A stretch of DNA of 49,495 bases from a virus. Lineage: Duplodnaviria; Caudoviricetes. Below the pieces are notes generated by a model. That model saw only the letters and a list, made by a program, of their open reading frames with translations. It searched no databases and was not told the DNA's origin. Location of the stretch: positions 1 through 49,495 of IMG/VR virus record IMGVR_UViG_3300020042_001945; one strand, 5' to 3'. This document shows, piece by piece, positions 9,618 through 19,241 of the stretch (position 1 is its first letter; each line of letters opens with the position of its first letter). Position numbers and translations under genes: made by a program.

Positions 9618-11166
9618 TAAGATTCAGGCATATAAAGTAAGCTGTCAAGGGGGCTTAGATACCAACAAGGACATGCTGGCTCAGGGAGAGTTGTATCCCG
9701 GCAGCGGCCTTCAGCTTGTTAATTATGAGCCATCTATCACTGGTGGATATCGCCGCATTAGTGGCTATACAAATACATATGGCACAGTTCCCGGCGAAGG
9801 TTCTGTACTTGGTGTAAACATCTCTGAAAATCTTAACAATGGGATATTTGCTTGCCGTAAGCCTACATCTCCATCAACTGATTATTTCTATCGCTGGAAT
9901 ACTTCTACGTCTGCATGGGTTGCCATTACCCTTGCTGGTAGTCCAACAATGGTTGGTGTCAAGAAGGTTCGCTTTGAGAACCTGTCTTGGGGTACTAATA
10001 AGATGATACTGGCAGATGGTATCAATCGTGCTGCTGTCTATGATGGTACGACTTACACACAGCTTGCTTCACCAGCACCAGCAAAACCTAAGTTTGTAAC
10101 ACAGTTTGCTAATCATTTATTTCTAGCCGGTGATACAACTGATCCTTACAACTTGTATTTCTCTGCACCGCTAGCTGAAACAGACTTCACTCCAGCCAAT
10201 GGTGCTGGTGTTATCAATGTTGGTTTTCCAATTGTACAAATTAAAAGCTTTCGTGAGTCGCTATACATTTTTGGTAAGAACGCAATCAATCGTCTTTCTG
10301 GAACAAGTATTGCAGACTTCAAAATTGAAGAAGTAACTAGCAACCTTGGATGTGTTGCTTCTGATAGTGTTGTTGAGATTGCTGGTAACTTAGTATTTCT
10401 TAGTAATGACGGCTTTAGGCCAATCTCTGGCACTGCTCGTATTGGTGACATTGAACTTGAGACTATTTCTAAACAGGTACAAAGTACTGTTGTTTCGATT
10501 GTAGATGAACTAGTTGCGGGTAGCATTGACACTGAAACAGTTAGCATGATCGTGCTAAATAAGAAGAGTCAGTTTCGATTTATGTTGCCAACTGAAGGAT
10601 TGTTTGGATTTCTTGGCGGCATCCGTAAGACAGATCGTGGTAGTGCTTTTGAATACAGCTTGTTGTTTGACATGGTGGTGTCATGCGCTACCAGTGGCTA
10701 CATTGGTTTTAATGAAATTATTATTCATGGCGCGTCTAATGGTAAGGTTTATAAGCAAGAAACTGGTAGCAACTTTGATACTCGTGAAATCCTTAGCATC
10801 TATCAAACTCCATATTTCTACTTTGAAGACCCCACTATCCGCAAGAACTTCTACAATATAACTACATTCTTGCGTAGCGAAGGAAGCACTAACATTGTAT
10901 TTTCTGTATCTTATGACTTTGAAGACAGCGTTAATGTTTTTAATCCGTCAAACTATGCTATAACAACGGCTGGTGCAGCAGCGTACTATAATACTGCTGT
11001 ATACGATAGTGGCGTTATATACGATGGTAATCCTTCACCAGTGGTGAAGACAAACATTTCAGGTTCTGGTTTCTCTGTTTCATTTAAGTATGTGACATTT
11101 GATACAAATGCCAGTCATAACATTCAAGGTATGGTCTTGAACTTTTCATTTAACGACAGGAGATAA
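9610..11166 (+). CDS. Tail nozzle / stabilisation protein (tubular B / P22 gp10-like beta-propeller)
   Basis: GGL start motif, N.EPS..GGYRRI.G, GCVA.DSV.E, FLS.DG.R; beta-rich, 518 aa. Confidence 0.8.
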   Translation: MADKIQAYKVSCQGGLDTNKDMLAQGELYPGSGLQLVNYEPSITGGYRRISGYTNTYGTVPGEGSVLGVNISENLNNGIFACRKPTSPSTDYFYRWNTSTSAWVAITLAGSPTMVGVKKVRFENLSWGTNKMILADGINRAAVYDGTTYTQLASPAPAKPKFVTQFANHLFLAGDTTDPYNLYFSAPLAETDFTPANGAGVINVGFPIVQIKSFRESLYIFGKNAINRLSGTSIADFKIEEVTSNLGCVASDSVVEIAGNLVFLSNDGFRPISGTARIGDIELETISKQVQSTVVSIVDELVAGSIDTETVSMIVLNKKSQFRFMLPTEGLFGFLGGIRKTDRGSAFEYSLLFDMVVSCATSGYIGFNEIIIHGASNGKVYKQETGSNFDTREILSIYQTPYFYFEDPTIRKNFYNITTFLRSEGSTNIVFSVSYDFEDSVNVFNPSNYAITTAGAAAYYNTAVYDSGVIYDGNPSPVVKTNISGSGFSVSFKYVTFDTNASHNIQGMVLNFSFNDRR

Positions 11167-11168
11167 TC

Positions 11169-14100
11169 TTGGCTGGATATCAAAGACAATCAGCTGCCGA
11201 CATCGTGCCCACCGCCGTTGTACGAGCAGCCCCAATCAATAACGAACTCAATGCGTTGCGTGATGCGTTCCTGTTAGCTGGTGGTCACCGCCATGATGGT
11301 AGCGCCACTGAGGGTAACTATGTCACCTTGATTGCAGACTCTGACGCTCTTAACAAAGTTGCTGTAGACACCGGCAACAATCGTGTTGGTGTATTTGTTG
11401 AAGTTGCTGCTGCTGCTGTCGAGCAAGTGCGTGTTCAAGACGGTGCCATTGTTCCTGTCACAGATAACGATATTGATCTTGGCACTAGCTCTCTTGAGTT
11501 TAAAGACCTGTACATTGATGGTGTAGCAAACATTGATAGCTTGGTTGCTGATACTGCTGACATTAACGGTGGCACTGTTGATGCCACTACAATTGGTGCA
11601 ACTACACCAGCTGCTGCCACTCTCACCAACCTCACTGTTAACACCGCTGCAACCATTGCATCTGCTGCTATCAGTGCAGGTACGATTAATGGTGCAGTGA
11701 TTGGTGGTTCTTCTGCTCAAGCAATTACTGGCACAACTATTACAGCCAGCACAGGTTTTGTTGGTGGCCTTACTGGTGCTGTCACTGGTAATACAGCTGG
11801 TACGCACACTGGTGCTGTTATCGGCAATGTCACTGGTAATGTCACTGGTAATGTCACAGCCTCTACCGGCACATCGACATTCAATGATGTCACCATTAAC
11901 GGTGGCTTGAATATGGATGCTGGCACTGCTGCCACCATTACCAATCTTACATCACCAACCAACAGTGGAGATGCTGCTACTAAAGGATATGTTGACACTG
12001 CTGACGCATTAAAACTAAACCTCAGTGGCGGCACCATGTCTGGTGCAATTGCTATGGGTACTAACAAGATCACTGGTCTTGGTGATCCGACACTTGCACA
12101 AGACGCTGCGACTAAAACATATGTAGATACTTCTATCAGCAACTTAGTAGCTGCTGCTCCCGGAGCGTTAGACACTCTGGATGAACTTGCTGCCGCATTG
12201 GGTGATGATGCCAACTTTGCCACCACTGTAACAACTTCCATTGCCGCTAAGCTTCCACTTGCTGGTGGCACTATGTCTGGTGCTATCGCAATGGGGACTA
12301 ACAAGATCACCGGAATGGGTGATCCAACGCTGGCACAAGATGCTGCCACCAAGACTTATGTTGACACTGCTGACGCACTGAAGCTCAACTTGTCTGGTGG
12401 CACAATGTCTGGCGCTATTGCTATGGGCACTAGCAAGATCACTGGCTTAGGCAATCCAACAGCAAATCAAGACGCTGCGACTAAAACATATGTTGACACT
12501 GCTGACGCACTGAAGCTGTCGCTATCTGGTGGCACTATGTCTGGTGCAATTGCTATGGGTACAAGCAAGATTACAGGATTGGGTACACCAACTGATAATG
12601 CTGACGCAACTACCAAGCTGTATGTTGATGGCATCTTAGGTAGCGCTACAGCCGCTGCCACTTCTGCTGCCGCTGCTGCCACCTCTGCTAGCAACGCTGC
12701 TACTTCTGAGAGCAATGCATCTACATCAGCATCTAACGCTTCTAGCTCTGCTTCCGCTGCTTCTACATCAGCCTCTAATGCTGCTGCCAGCTATGACTCC
12801 TTTGATGATAGATATTTAGGCAGCAAAGCTTCTGCTCCTTCTGTTGACAATGATGGCAATGCTTTGCTTACTGGCGCATTGTATTGGAACAGCACAAGCA
12901 GCGAGTTGTATTTGTGGACAGGCTCTGCTTGGACACGCTCTGCTTTGTCTGGTACAGACTATGTAGCCAAGTCTGGTGATACAATGACAGGGGCGCTTAC
13001 TGTTCCTAGCCTTACCGACTCAGGCAACCTGACCTTCACAGGCACAGGCAACCGCATCACTGGCGACTTTAGTAATGCAACGGTTGCAAATCGGGTGATG
13101 TTGCAGACAAGCACAGTCAATACCACCACAACCTTTGGCATCATGCCAAACGGCACAGGAACTAATGCAAATTTTGGTTCTTATGGTAATGCTTTAGACT
13201 TGGCAAACACCTCTGTTTTGTTTATGGGTGTTACCAATTCTGGAACAGAAGCTAGATTTAATTCTGCTATCTCAGGCACAGGCACATACCTACCAATGAC
13301 CTTCTACACAGGAGGCAGTGAGCGCGTCAGGGTTGATACATCGGGCAATGTGGGAATCGGTACTACTAATCCTACAGCGGCTTTTCAAGGAACTGCACCA
13401 AGATTAGGTATTGAAGCACCTAGAACATCCGCAGACCAAACATTATTGTCATTAGCGCATACAGGAACAATAACTGCTCTTGATAGAATAAATATTGGGT
13501 TTGATTCGTTTAGTGTTACCGCTGTTCGTAGAACTATGGCACAAATAAGCGCCATGAATGAAGAGCCATCAGCGGGTAATCCCGGTTCTTTATTATTTTA
13601 TACAAACGCAGGCGCGGTTTCCTTAACAGAACGCATGCGTATCAACTCCAGCGGCAATGTGGGTATTGGGACAAGTTCTCCAGCATTTACTTCTGGTACT
13701 GGATTAGAAGTTGAAAGAGCAGCAGACGCTACTGTTCGTGTAGAAAGAACAGGCGCAACAATTTCAGCAGGAGAGTTTGTAGCAAGCTCAGGTCTTGTAA
13801 AAATTGGATCAACGGGAGGTGTACCGTTTACCTTTATTACAGATAACACAGAACGCGCCCGTATTTCCTCAGTTGGTGGATTCTCAGTAGGTACAACATC
13901 AGACCCCGGTGCAGGTGCTATTTACGCAACGGGTAACATCACAGCTTACTTTTCGGATGATCGTTTTAAAACCAATCTTGGCAACATCCCTGATGCGCTG
14001 TCTAAGGTAAAGACTCTTAACGGTTTCTACTACGAAGCCAATGAGCTTGCACAGTCTTACGGCTACGAGAAGAAGCTAGAAGTTGGTGTGTCAGCACAGC

Positions 14101-14258
14101 AAGTAGAAGCAGTGATGCCAGAAGTTGTGGCTCCTGCTCCAATTGATGAAAACTATTTAACTGTTCGCTACGAGCGTTTGGTTCCTCTATTGATTGAAGC
14201 CATCAAAGAATTGAACGCCAAAGTTGATGCGTTAGAAAAAACTATAGCTGAGAAATAA
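11169..14258 (+). CDS. Tail fibre with C-terminal intramolecular chaperone (peptidase S74-like)
   Basis: TTG start with SD AGGAG; N-terminal GH.HDG anchor, shaft repeats, ER.RI.SSGNVGIGT modules, cleavage/chaperone motif SDDRFKTN...YERLVPLLIEAIKEL. Confidence 0.9.
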   Translation: MAGYQRQSAADIVPTAVVRAAPINNELNALRDAFLLAGGHRHDGSATEGNYVTLIADSDALNKVAVDTGNNRVGVFVEVAAAAVEQVRVQDGAIVPVTDNDIDLGTSSLEFKDLYIDGVANIDSLVADTADINGGTVDATTIGATTPAAATLTNLTVNTAATIASAAISAGTINGAVIGGSSAQAITGTTITASTGFVGGLTGAVTGNTAGTHTGAVIGNVTGNVTGNVTASTGTSTFNDVTINGGLNMDAGTAATITNLTSPTNSGDAATKGYVDTADALKLNLSGGTMSGAIAMGTNKITGLGDPTLAQDAATKTYVDTSISNLVAAAPGALDTLDELAAALGDDANFATTVTTSIAAKLPLAGGTMSGAIAMGTNKITGMGDPTLAQDAATKTYVDTADALKLNLSGGTMSGAIAMGTSKITGLGNPTANQDAATKTYVDTADALKLSLSGGTMSGAIAMGTSKITGLGTPTDNADATTKLYVDGILGSATAAATSAAAAATSASNAATSESNASTSASNASSSASAASTSASNAAASYDSFDDRYLGSKASAPSVDNDGNALLTGALYWNSTSSELYLWTGSAWTRSALSGTDYVAKSGDTMTGALTVPSLTDSGNLTFTGTGNRITGDFSNATVANRVMLQTSTVNTTTTFGIMPNGTGTNANFGSYGNALDLANTSVLFMGVTNSGTEARFNSAISGTGTYLPMTFYTGGSERVRVDTSGNVGIGTTNPTAAFQGTAPRLGIEAPRTSADQTLLSLAHTGTITALDRINIGFDSFSVTAVRRTMAQISAMNEEPSAGNPGSLLFYTNAGAVSLTERMRINSSGNVGIGTSSPAFTSGTGLEVERAADATVRVERTGATISAGEFVASSGLVKIGSTGGVPFTFITDNTERARISSVGGFSVGTTSDPGAGAIYATGNITAYFSDDRFKTNLGNIPDALSKVKTLNGFYYEANELAQSYGYEKKLEVGVSAQQVEAVMPEVVAPAPIDENYLTVRYERLVPLLIEAIKELNAKVDALEKTIAEK
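11970..12630 (+). repeat. About four 40-aa (120-bp) shaft repeats in tail fibre
   Basis: DAATKTYVDTADALKL.LSGGTMSGAIAMGT.KITGLG.PT..Q repeated, interrupted once by an APGALDTLDELAAALGDD module. Confidence 0.9.
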
Positions 14259-14260
14259 AC

Positions 14261-15148
14261 ATGGCGCTACCAGTCGTACCCGGCAATTCGATGTCGTTCT
14301 CTCAGATCAACACTGAGTTAGGCTTATCTTCAACCGCCACAATTTCTCTAAATGACGCTGCTGTTCGTACCCTAGCTGGTGTTGGCGCAAGTCCCGCAAC
14401 TATTGCCATTACCAATTTAAGTGGCAAGTCAAATCAATTTGCTTTTACTATTTCCAGTAATACAACCAACGCAAACTTGCGAACATTGGCAGTTAATGCG
14501 GGGTGGAATCAAGCGAGCAAAGTTGTTGCTACGATTAATAGTTCTATATTTGTCTCCTCTACAAGCACTGGAACGCCAGCGCTTACCATAAACGGTTCTT
14601 TCCCCGGTGGTGTTGAGCTTATAAATAACGGGACTATCCAAGGGCAAGGCGGGAATGCTGGTAATGGAGGCCCAGCCTTTACTAACGGTTTTGCGGGTTC
14701 TAGCGGGGGGCTTGCGTTAAGTGTTTCTGTCGCAGTCACCTTAACAAATAATAATCGCATTGCTGGCGGGGGCGGTGGCGGTGGCGGTGGCGGTGGCGCT
14801 GAATATAACGTAGGTAAAACTAATTTTCAAACTGGTGGTGGCGGCGGTGGCGGCGGACTTGGTGGAAATGGTGGGTCTGGCGGTAGTGGGGGTTCTGGAG
14901 CGCAAGGCAGTGGCTCTGCTGGTGGCAGCGGCGCTCAAACTACAAACGGCTCTGGCGGCGCAGGCGGTGCTAATTCTGGAGCGGGCGGCAGCGGCGGCTC
15001 TTATGGCAGCGCTGGTTCTACTGGAGGTACTACTACCGCTGGTACTCCAAGAGCAGGCGGTTCTGGCGGCGCAGCAGGCGGCTGTATAACGGGCAACTCC
15101 AATATTACATATTTAGCAACGGGTACACGAAACGGAGGAATTTCATAA
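14261..15148 (+). CDS. Glycine-rich tail-tip adhesin (T-even gp38-like)
   Basis: INNGTIQGQGG and NNNRIAGGGGGGGG polyglycine motifs resembling gp38-type adhesins; directly after a fibre with autocleaving chaperone. Confidence 0.75.
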   Translation: MALPVVPGNSMSFSQINTELGLSSTATISLNDAAVRTLAGVGASPATIAITNLSGKSNQFAFTISSNTTNANLRTLAVNAGWNQASKVVATINSSIFVSSTSTGTPALTINGSFPGGVELINNGTIQGQGGNAGNGGPAFTNGFAGSSGGLALSVSVAVTLTNNNRIAGGGGGGGGGGGAEYNVGKTNFQTGGGGGGGGLGGNGGSGGSGGSGAQGSGSAGGSGAQTTNGSGGAGGANSGAGGSGGSYGSAGSTGGTTTAGTPRAGGSGGAAGGCITGNSNITYLATGTRNGGIS

Positions 15149-15534
15149 TGGAATATCAAATTATTTCTGCCAACGCAGACATTGGACAGATTGAAGTTTT
15201 ATACAAACAGGATGGTGTAGCTGTAGCAGCTTATGCAATTGATGTACCCATAGTTAATGGGTTATTTTTGACATTAGCTGAGTTAGACGCGGAGATTCAG
15301 CACAGAGCGCCAACGTGGTTAAATGAGCGAAAGCAAGAACTAGCGAATGCAACAGGGTTTGATGATATTGCTGCGCTTGTGGTACCAATTGTAAATAGCA
15401 CTACACCAGAAAATGTTAATACCAACACGGCAATGTGGGAGCAAGTTGAGTTTGAGAAAAAAGTCGCGGCAGCATTGGTTAAGTTTAATGTTCTTACTGT
15501 TGACCCAACAACGATTGCGGTTAGTAATCTATGA
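15148..15534 (+). CDS. Hypothetical protein (tail-fibre associated)
   Basis: TAATG-coupled ORF with SD GGAGG, 128 aa. Confidence 0.7.
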   Translation: MEYQIISANADIGQIEVLYKQDGVAVAAYAIDVPIVNGLFLTLAELDAEIQHRAPTWLNERKQELANATGFDDIAALVVPIVNSTTPENVNTNTAMWEQVEFEKKVAAALVKFNVLTVDPTTIAVSNL

Positions 15535-15890
15535 GTTATCCAGAAACAAAAATGGTTTGTGTGAGCAATCTATGGATTCGCCAAATGCATTTTGTAAAAG
15601 CCGGTGATCAAAATGAAGGTCATGTACATAACTTTGACCATATCACTTTGCTTTCAAAAGGCAGTGTAGAGGTTAATGTTGAAGGCAGCATAACTGAGTT
15701 TAAAGCGCCGCACATGATTTATATTACTAAAGGTAAAGCACACTTCATCAAGGCGTTAGAAGATGACACTATTGCTTGTTGTGTCCATGCGCTACGCACA
15801 GGTGAGCGAGAAGAAGATATTCTAGACCCTTCAATGATCCCCGCTGGCGTTACTAATGTAATGGCTGCTGGTTTAGCTAAGTCACTTTAA
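15531..15890 (+). CDS. Cupin (RmlC-like) domain protein
   Basis: GHVHNFDHITLLSKGSVEV motif 1 and I.KG.AH.IKALEDDT motif 2. Confidence 0.8.
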   Translation: MSYPETKMVCVSNLWIRQMHFVKAGDQNEGHVHNFDHITLLSKGSVEVNVEGSITEFKAPHMIYITKGKAHFIKALEDDTIACCVHALRTGEREEDILDPSMIPAGVTNVMAAGLAKSL

Positions 15891-15892
15891 AC

Positions 15893-16462
15893 ATGGATAT
15901 TCGATTTGAGCGTCACAAAAACTTTATCACACATCAAGAGTGTGATGAATTAAATGCGTGGGTAGACAAAGGTGTAGCTAACAAATGGTTGGACGTTGGA
16001 ATTAGTCGTGGAAATCATAACTATTCAAAGAGAGTTACATCGCGTTTGTATGCAAATCGCTACGAATATCCAGAAATTGTGCGTAGTATTTCTTTTCGTA
16101 TTAGGGAGTTCTGCGGTATATCCAGCTATAAACTAATTGAGGGACATGGGCGAGATGGTGTTGTTGTGTCTTGTACCTTTCCCGGCGGGGACGTTTACGA
16201 GCATCAAGACCCACGAAGTAAAATGGGACTATCTGCATTACGGTGTAATCTACTAACTCGCGCTGCTGATAGTGGAGGTGTATTGCGTCTTAATGGTGAG
16301 GCCAAATCACTGGAAATTGGGGAGCTTCATTGCTACTTAGCATCTGAACACCTTCATACTGTTTCTGAGGTAATAGGAAATACATCAAGAGTTTTATGGA
16401 TGTTTGGAGCGTATGTCCCAAAAGAAGATTGGGATGATGGGCTAATTAAATTTGGCATTTGA
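15893..16462 (+). CDS. 2OG-Fe(II) oxygenase superfamily protein
   Basis: HxD (HQD), GG.L, distal H (HTVSEV) and 2OG-binding R (GNTSR). Confidence 0.8.
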   Translation: MDIRFERHKNFITHQECDELNAWVDKGVANKWLDVGISRGNHNYSKRVTSRLYANRYEYPEIVRSISFRIREFCGISSYKLIEGHGRDGVVVSCTFPGGDVYEHQDPRSKMGLSALRCNLLTRAADSGGVLRLNGEAKSLEIGELHCYLASEHLHTVSEVIGNTSRVLWMFGAYVPKEDWDDGLIKFGI

Positions 16463-16487
16463 ATATATTTAACTTGAAGGAACTACC

Positions 16488-16778
16488 ATGCAAATCACTA
16501 TCAATCAACTAAACCGCGAAGCCTCAACAGGCATCATCACCACTGTCCACTGGAGTGCATCAAAGACCTCTGGTGAGCACACAGCGTCCAGCTACGGCTC
16601 TGTGGGCCTGACTGCTGGCGACACTGTTATCCCATTTGCCAATGTCACTGAAGCCAATGTACTTGCATGGCTAGCATCTGCTCTGGACTTGACAGAGATG
16701 GAAGCCTCACTCGATACCCAGCTTGCTGCCTTGGCTGCTCCTGCTGTGCTTGATGGTATGCCTTGGAGCGCAGCATGA
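16488..16778 (+). CDS. Hypothetical tail-associated protein
   Basis: SD GAAGGA; V..VHW...IPF..VTE..VL.W...PW pattern common near fibre genes. Confidence 0.7.
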   Translation: MQITINQLNREASTGIITTVHWSASKTSGEHTASSYGSVGLTAGDTVIPFANVTEANVLAWLASALDLTEMEASLDTQLAALAAPAVLDGMPWSAA

Positions 16779-16921
16779 AGCTGGAACTTGAAGTCAACGA
16801 GATTAACTTTGTCCTGCAAACGCTTGGGGCATTGCCATCGTCCAGCGGTGTATGGCCTCTGATCGTCAAGATTAAAGAACAGGCAGAGGCTCAAGTCCCT
16901 CCACCAGAGCCAGCACCATGA
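16775..16921 (+). CDS. Small hypothetical protein (48 aa, not in ORF track)
   Basis: MKLELEVNEINFVLQTLGALPSSSGVWPLIVKIKEQAEAQVPPPEPAP; ATGA overlaps at both ends. Confidence 0.75.
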   Translation: MKLELEVNEINFVLQTLGALPSSSGVWPLIVKIKEQAEAQVPPPEPAP

Positions 16922-17145
16922 CTGAAGACATAACCCACCGTGAAATATACGACAGGCTGGTGGCTGTTGAAGCTAAGGTAGATGCTTTAAGCGACAGCAC
17001 TAAGGATGTAACAACAGCCTTCATGGCTGCTCAAGGCGCATTCAAAGTGCTGGAAACCTTAAGCAAACTGGCAAAGCCTTTGCTGTGGATTGGTGGCCTC
17101 GTTGCTGCCATAGCCGTCTTCATTCAAGACTTCAAGAGCCACTAG
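16918..17145 (+). CDS. Small coiled-coil protein with C-terminal TM segment
   Basis: 75 aa; hydrophobic PLLWIGGLVAAIAVFI; start of lysis block. Confidence 0.7.
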   Translation: MTEDITHREIYDRLVAVEAKVDALSDSTKDVTTAFMAAQGAFKVLETLSKLAKPLLWIGGLVAAIAVFIQDFKSH

Positions 17146-17261
17146 TGGATGCTCTACCACCACCTCCTCCTGCAATCTACGTTGTTTACGAGTGCAAGAG
17201 ATGGTCGTGGTCATCCGATAGACAGCACGTTTGGTGCCTTGTTTGGAAAGAAAAGAAATGA
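17145..17261 (+). CDS. 38-aa Pro/Trp/Cys-rich peptide (not in ORF track)
   Basis: GTG start overlapping previous TAG; MDALPPPPPAIYVVYECKRWSWSSDRQHVWCLVWKEKK; ends in ATGA overlap with the next gene, filling the gap exactly. Confidence 0.5.
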   Translation: MDALPPPPPAIYVVYECKRWSWSSDRQHVWCLVWKEKK

Positions 17262-17749
17262 TTGACCCTCTAACAGCGCTAGCAGGTATACAAGCAGCGG
17301 TTGCGCTAATCAAGAAGGTTAGCAAGACTGTTGACGATGTGTCTTCGCTTGGTCCTGTTTTGGGCAAGTACTTCGATGCTAAGTCAACAGCAAGCAAGGC
17401 AGTTGTTCAGGCTAAGAAGTCCAAGTCATCAATGGGCACTGCCATCCAGATTGAGATGGCGCTTGATCAAGCCAAACGCTTTGAGGATGAGTTGCAGCTT
17501 TTGTTTATGCAAAGTGGCAAGATCGATGTCTGGAATAAGATTAAGTCTAGAGCAGCAGCATTGGATGTGGAGTCTGCCCATGATGCTAGGCGTGAAAAAG
17601 AAGCAGCAGCAAAGCGTAAAAAAGAAATGGATGAGCTTATTGAACTTGTTTTAATAGCACTTGTCTTTTTTAGTATGTTAGGTGCCATTGGTTATTTTTC
17701 ATTTGAGATACTTGAACAGTGTGCGGGTAATTGTAGTTTTCAGAAATGA
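17258..17749 (+). CDS. Hypothetical membrane protein
   Basis: MIDPLTALA.. start, coiled coil, C-terminal TM LVLIALVFFSMLGAIGYF. Confidence 0.7.
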   Translation: MIDPLTALAGIQAAVALIKKVSKTVDDVSSLGPVLGKYFDAKSTASKAVVQAKKSKSSMGTAIQIEMALDQAKRFEDELQLLFMQSGKIDVWNKIKSRAAALDVESAHDARREKEAAAKRKKEMDELIELVLIALVFFSMLGAIGYFSFEILEQCAGNCSFQK

Positions 17750-18354
17750 GTGATGAACGTCTTAGTATAATTGATAAAGTGCTGGCATATGTCAGTAGTC
17801 CTTTTCGCCTGTTCGCAATGGTGTTGATGGCAGTGCTTACCTTCAGTGGTTATTTTGTATATCAAAATCAAGAGCTTTTAATTGGAGCTTATAAAGAATC
17901 TAAAAAGATTCCAACAATTGCTGAAGACAGAGTAGAGGATGCTGCTGGTCATCTATTCAAACAAAGTGGCGCTGTCGTAGTGGCAGTATTTAAAGTGAAT
18001 AGTATGTTTGGAACTCGCATATTGCATAGGGCTTACACCAGAGAAGGTCGTGACAAAACTAATGACGGCCTTGACGTTGGATTGTTTACTCAGAATGCAT
18101 CTAACAACGCCGATGTAGTTAAGCTGATGGCAAATGAAATTCCTTGTGGCGAATACACAAGCGCACAAAGTGAGATGGGAATTTGGTATATTGAAAAAGG
18201 TGTTGGTTATACATGCCGCATTAGTGTGCCACCAGAACCCGGCAGGTTCGTTGGACAAATTACTGTTGGTTGGGCATCACCACCTGACAATTTAGAAAAG
18301 ACTCGTGCAATGCTACAAATCGCAGCAACTATGTTATCTAGGAGTAAACAATGA
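17746..18354 (+). CDS. Putative T4 gpT-like holin (single TM + GAF-like domain)
   Basis: N-terminal amphipathic helix, one TM, then SGA..VAVF, G.IT..W and terminal AA..LSRSK, matching the pattern I recall for T4 gpT; lies in lysis block. Confidence 0.6.
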   Translation: MSDERLSIIDKVLAYVSSPFRLFAMVLMAVLTFSGYFVYQNQELLIGAYKESKKIPTIAEDRVEDAAGHLFKQSGAVVVAVFKVNSMFGTRILHRAYTREGRDKTNDGLDVGLFTQNASNNADVVKLMANEIPCGEYTSAQSEMGIWYIEKGVGYTCRISVPPEPGRFVGQITVGWASPPDNLEKTRAMLQIAATMLSRSKQ

Positions 18355-18761
18355 TTGGTCTTGACGCACTTTTAAATGTCGGTGGTAAACTGATTGATAA
18401 GCTGATTCCTGACCCACAAGCTAAAGCTAAAGCACAACTTGACTTGGCTCAAATGGCACAGGATGGTGAGTTGGCTAAGATGGCTAATGACACTGACTTA
18501 TACAAGACTGAGCAGAATAACCTGACAGATAGACTTAAATCAGACATGTCATCAGACTCTTGGTTGTCTAAGAATATTAGACCAATGACATTAGTTGCCA
18601 TCTTTATTGGTTACTTTACTTTTGCAATGATGAGTGCATTTGGACTAGAAGCCAACGAAGTATATGTTACTTTGTTAGGACAATGGGGTATGCTTGTGAT
18701 GAGCTTCTATTTCGGTGGACGCACATTAGAAAAGATTATGGATATGAAAGTTAAGAAATGA
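18351..18761 (+). CDS. Holin (GTA 3TM holin-like family)
   Basis: KLIDKLIPDP..KAKA, SDSWLSKNIRP, FYFGGRT.EK; adjacent to endolysin. Confidence 0.8.
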   Translation: MIGLDALLNVGGKLIDKLIPDPQAKAKAQLDLAQMAQDGELAKMANDTDLYKTEQNNLTDRLKSDMSSDSWLSKNIRPMTLVAIFIGYFTFAMMSAFGLEANEVYVTLLGQWGMLVMSFYFGGRTLEKIMDMKVKK

Positions 18762-19222
18762 ATCTGACAGCAAACTTCTCCTTGCATGAAATGACAAAGA
18801 GCGAAACTGCTCTGCGTAAAGGCATGCCCAATGAACCAACAGAAGATGACATTGCAAATCTAAAACTGCTGGCTGAGAAAGTGTTGCAGCCATTGCGTGA
18901 CCACTATGGTGTTGGCATTAAAATCAACAGTGGCTATCGCAGTCCAGATGTCAATGCTGCTGTTGGCGGGAGTCGCACCAGCGATCATTGCAAGGGGCAA
19001 GCTGCTGACATTGAAATTGCTGGCATTCCTAATGCAACACTTGCACAATACATCAAAGATAGTTTACAATATACACAATTGATTTTAGAGTTTTATACTC
19101 CGGGTATTCCAGATAGTGGATGGGTGCATGTATCATATGATGCTAACAATCTCAAGTGCCAAACATTGACAGCTACTAAAAAAGATGGTAAGACTGCATA
19201 CTTAAACGGCCTTGTGGCTTAA
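18758..19222 (+). CDS. Endolysin, peptidase M15A family
   Basis: LT.NFSL.E, SGYRS..VN.AVGG...S.H..G.AAD, WVHVS zinc-peptidase motifs. Confidence 0.9.
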   Translation: MNLTANFSLHEMTKSETALRKGMPNEPTEDDIANLKLLAEKVLQPLRDHYGVGIKINSGYRSPDVNAAVGGSRTSDHCKGQAADIEIAGIPNATLAQYIKDSLQYTQLILEFYTPGIPDSGWVHVSYDANNLKCQTLTATKKDGKTAYLNGLVA

Positions 19223-19241
19223 TATAAAAGGTAGTAAAACA

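Noticed and set aside
11169-15148. Diversity-generating retroelement acting on fibre/adhesin
   Set aside because: No reverse transcriptase and no TR/VR pair differing at adenines seen.
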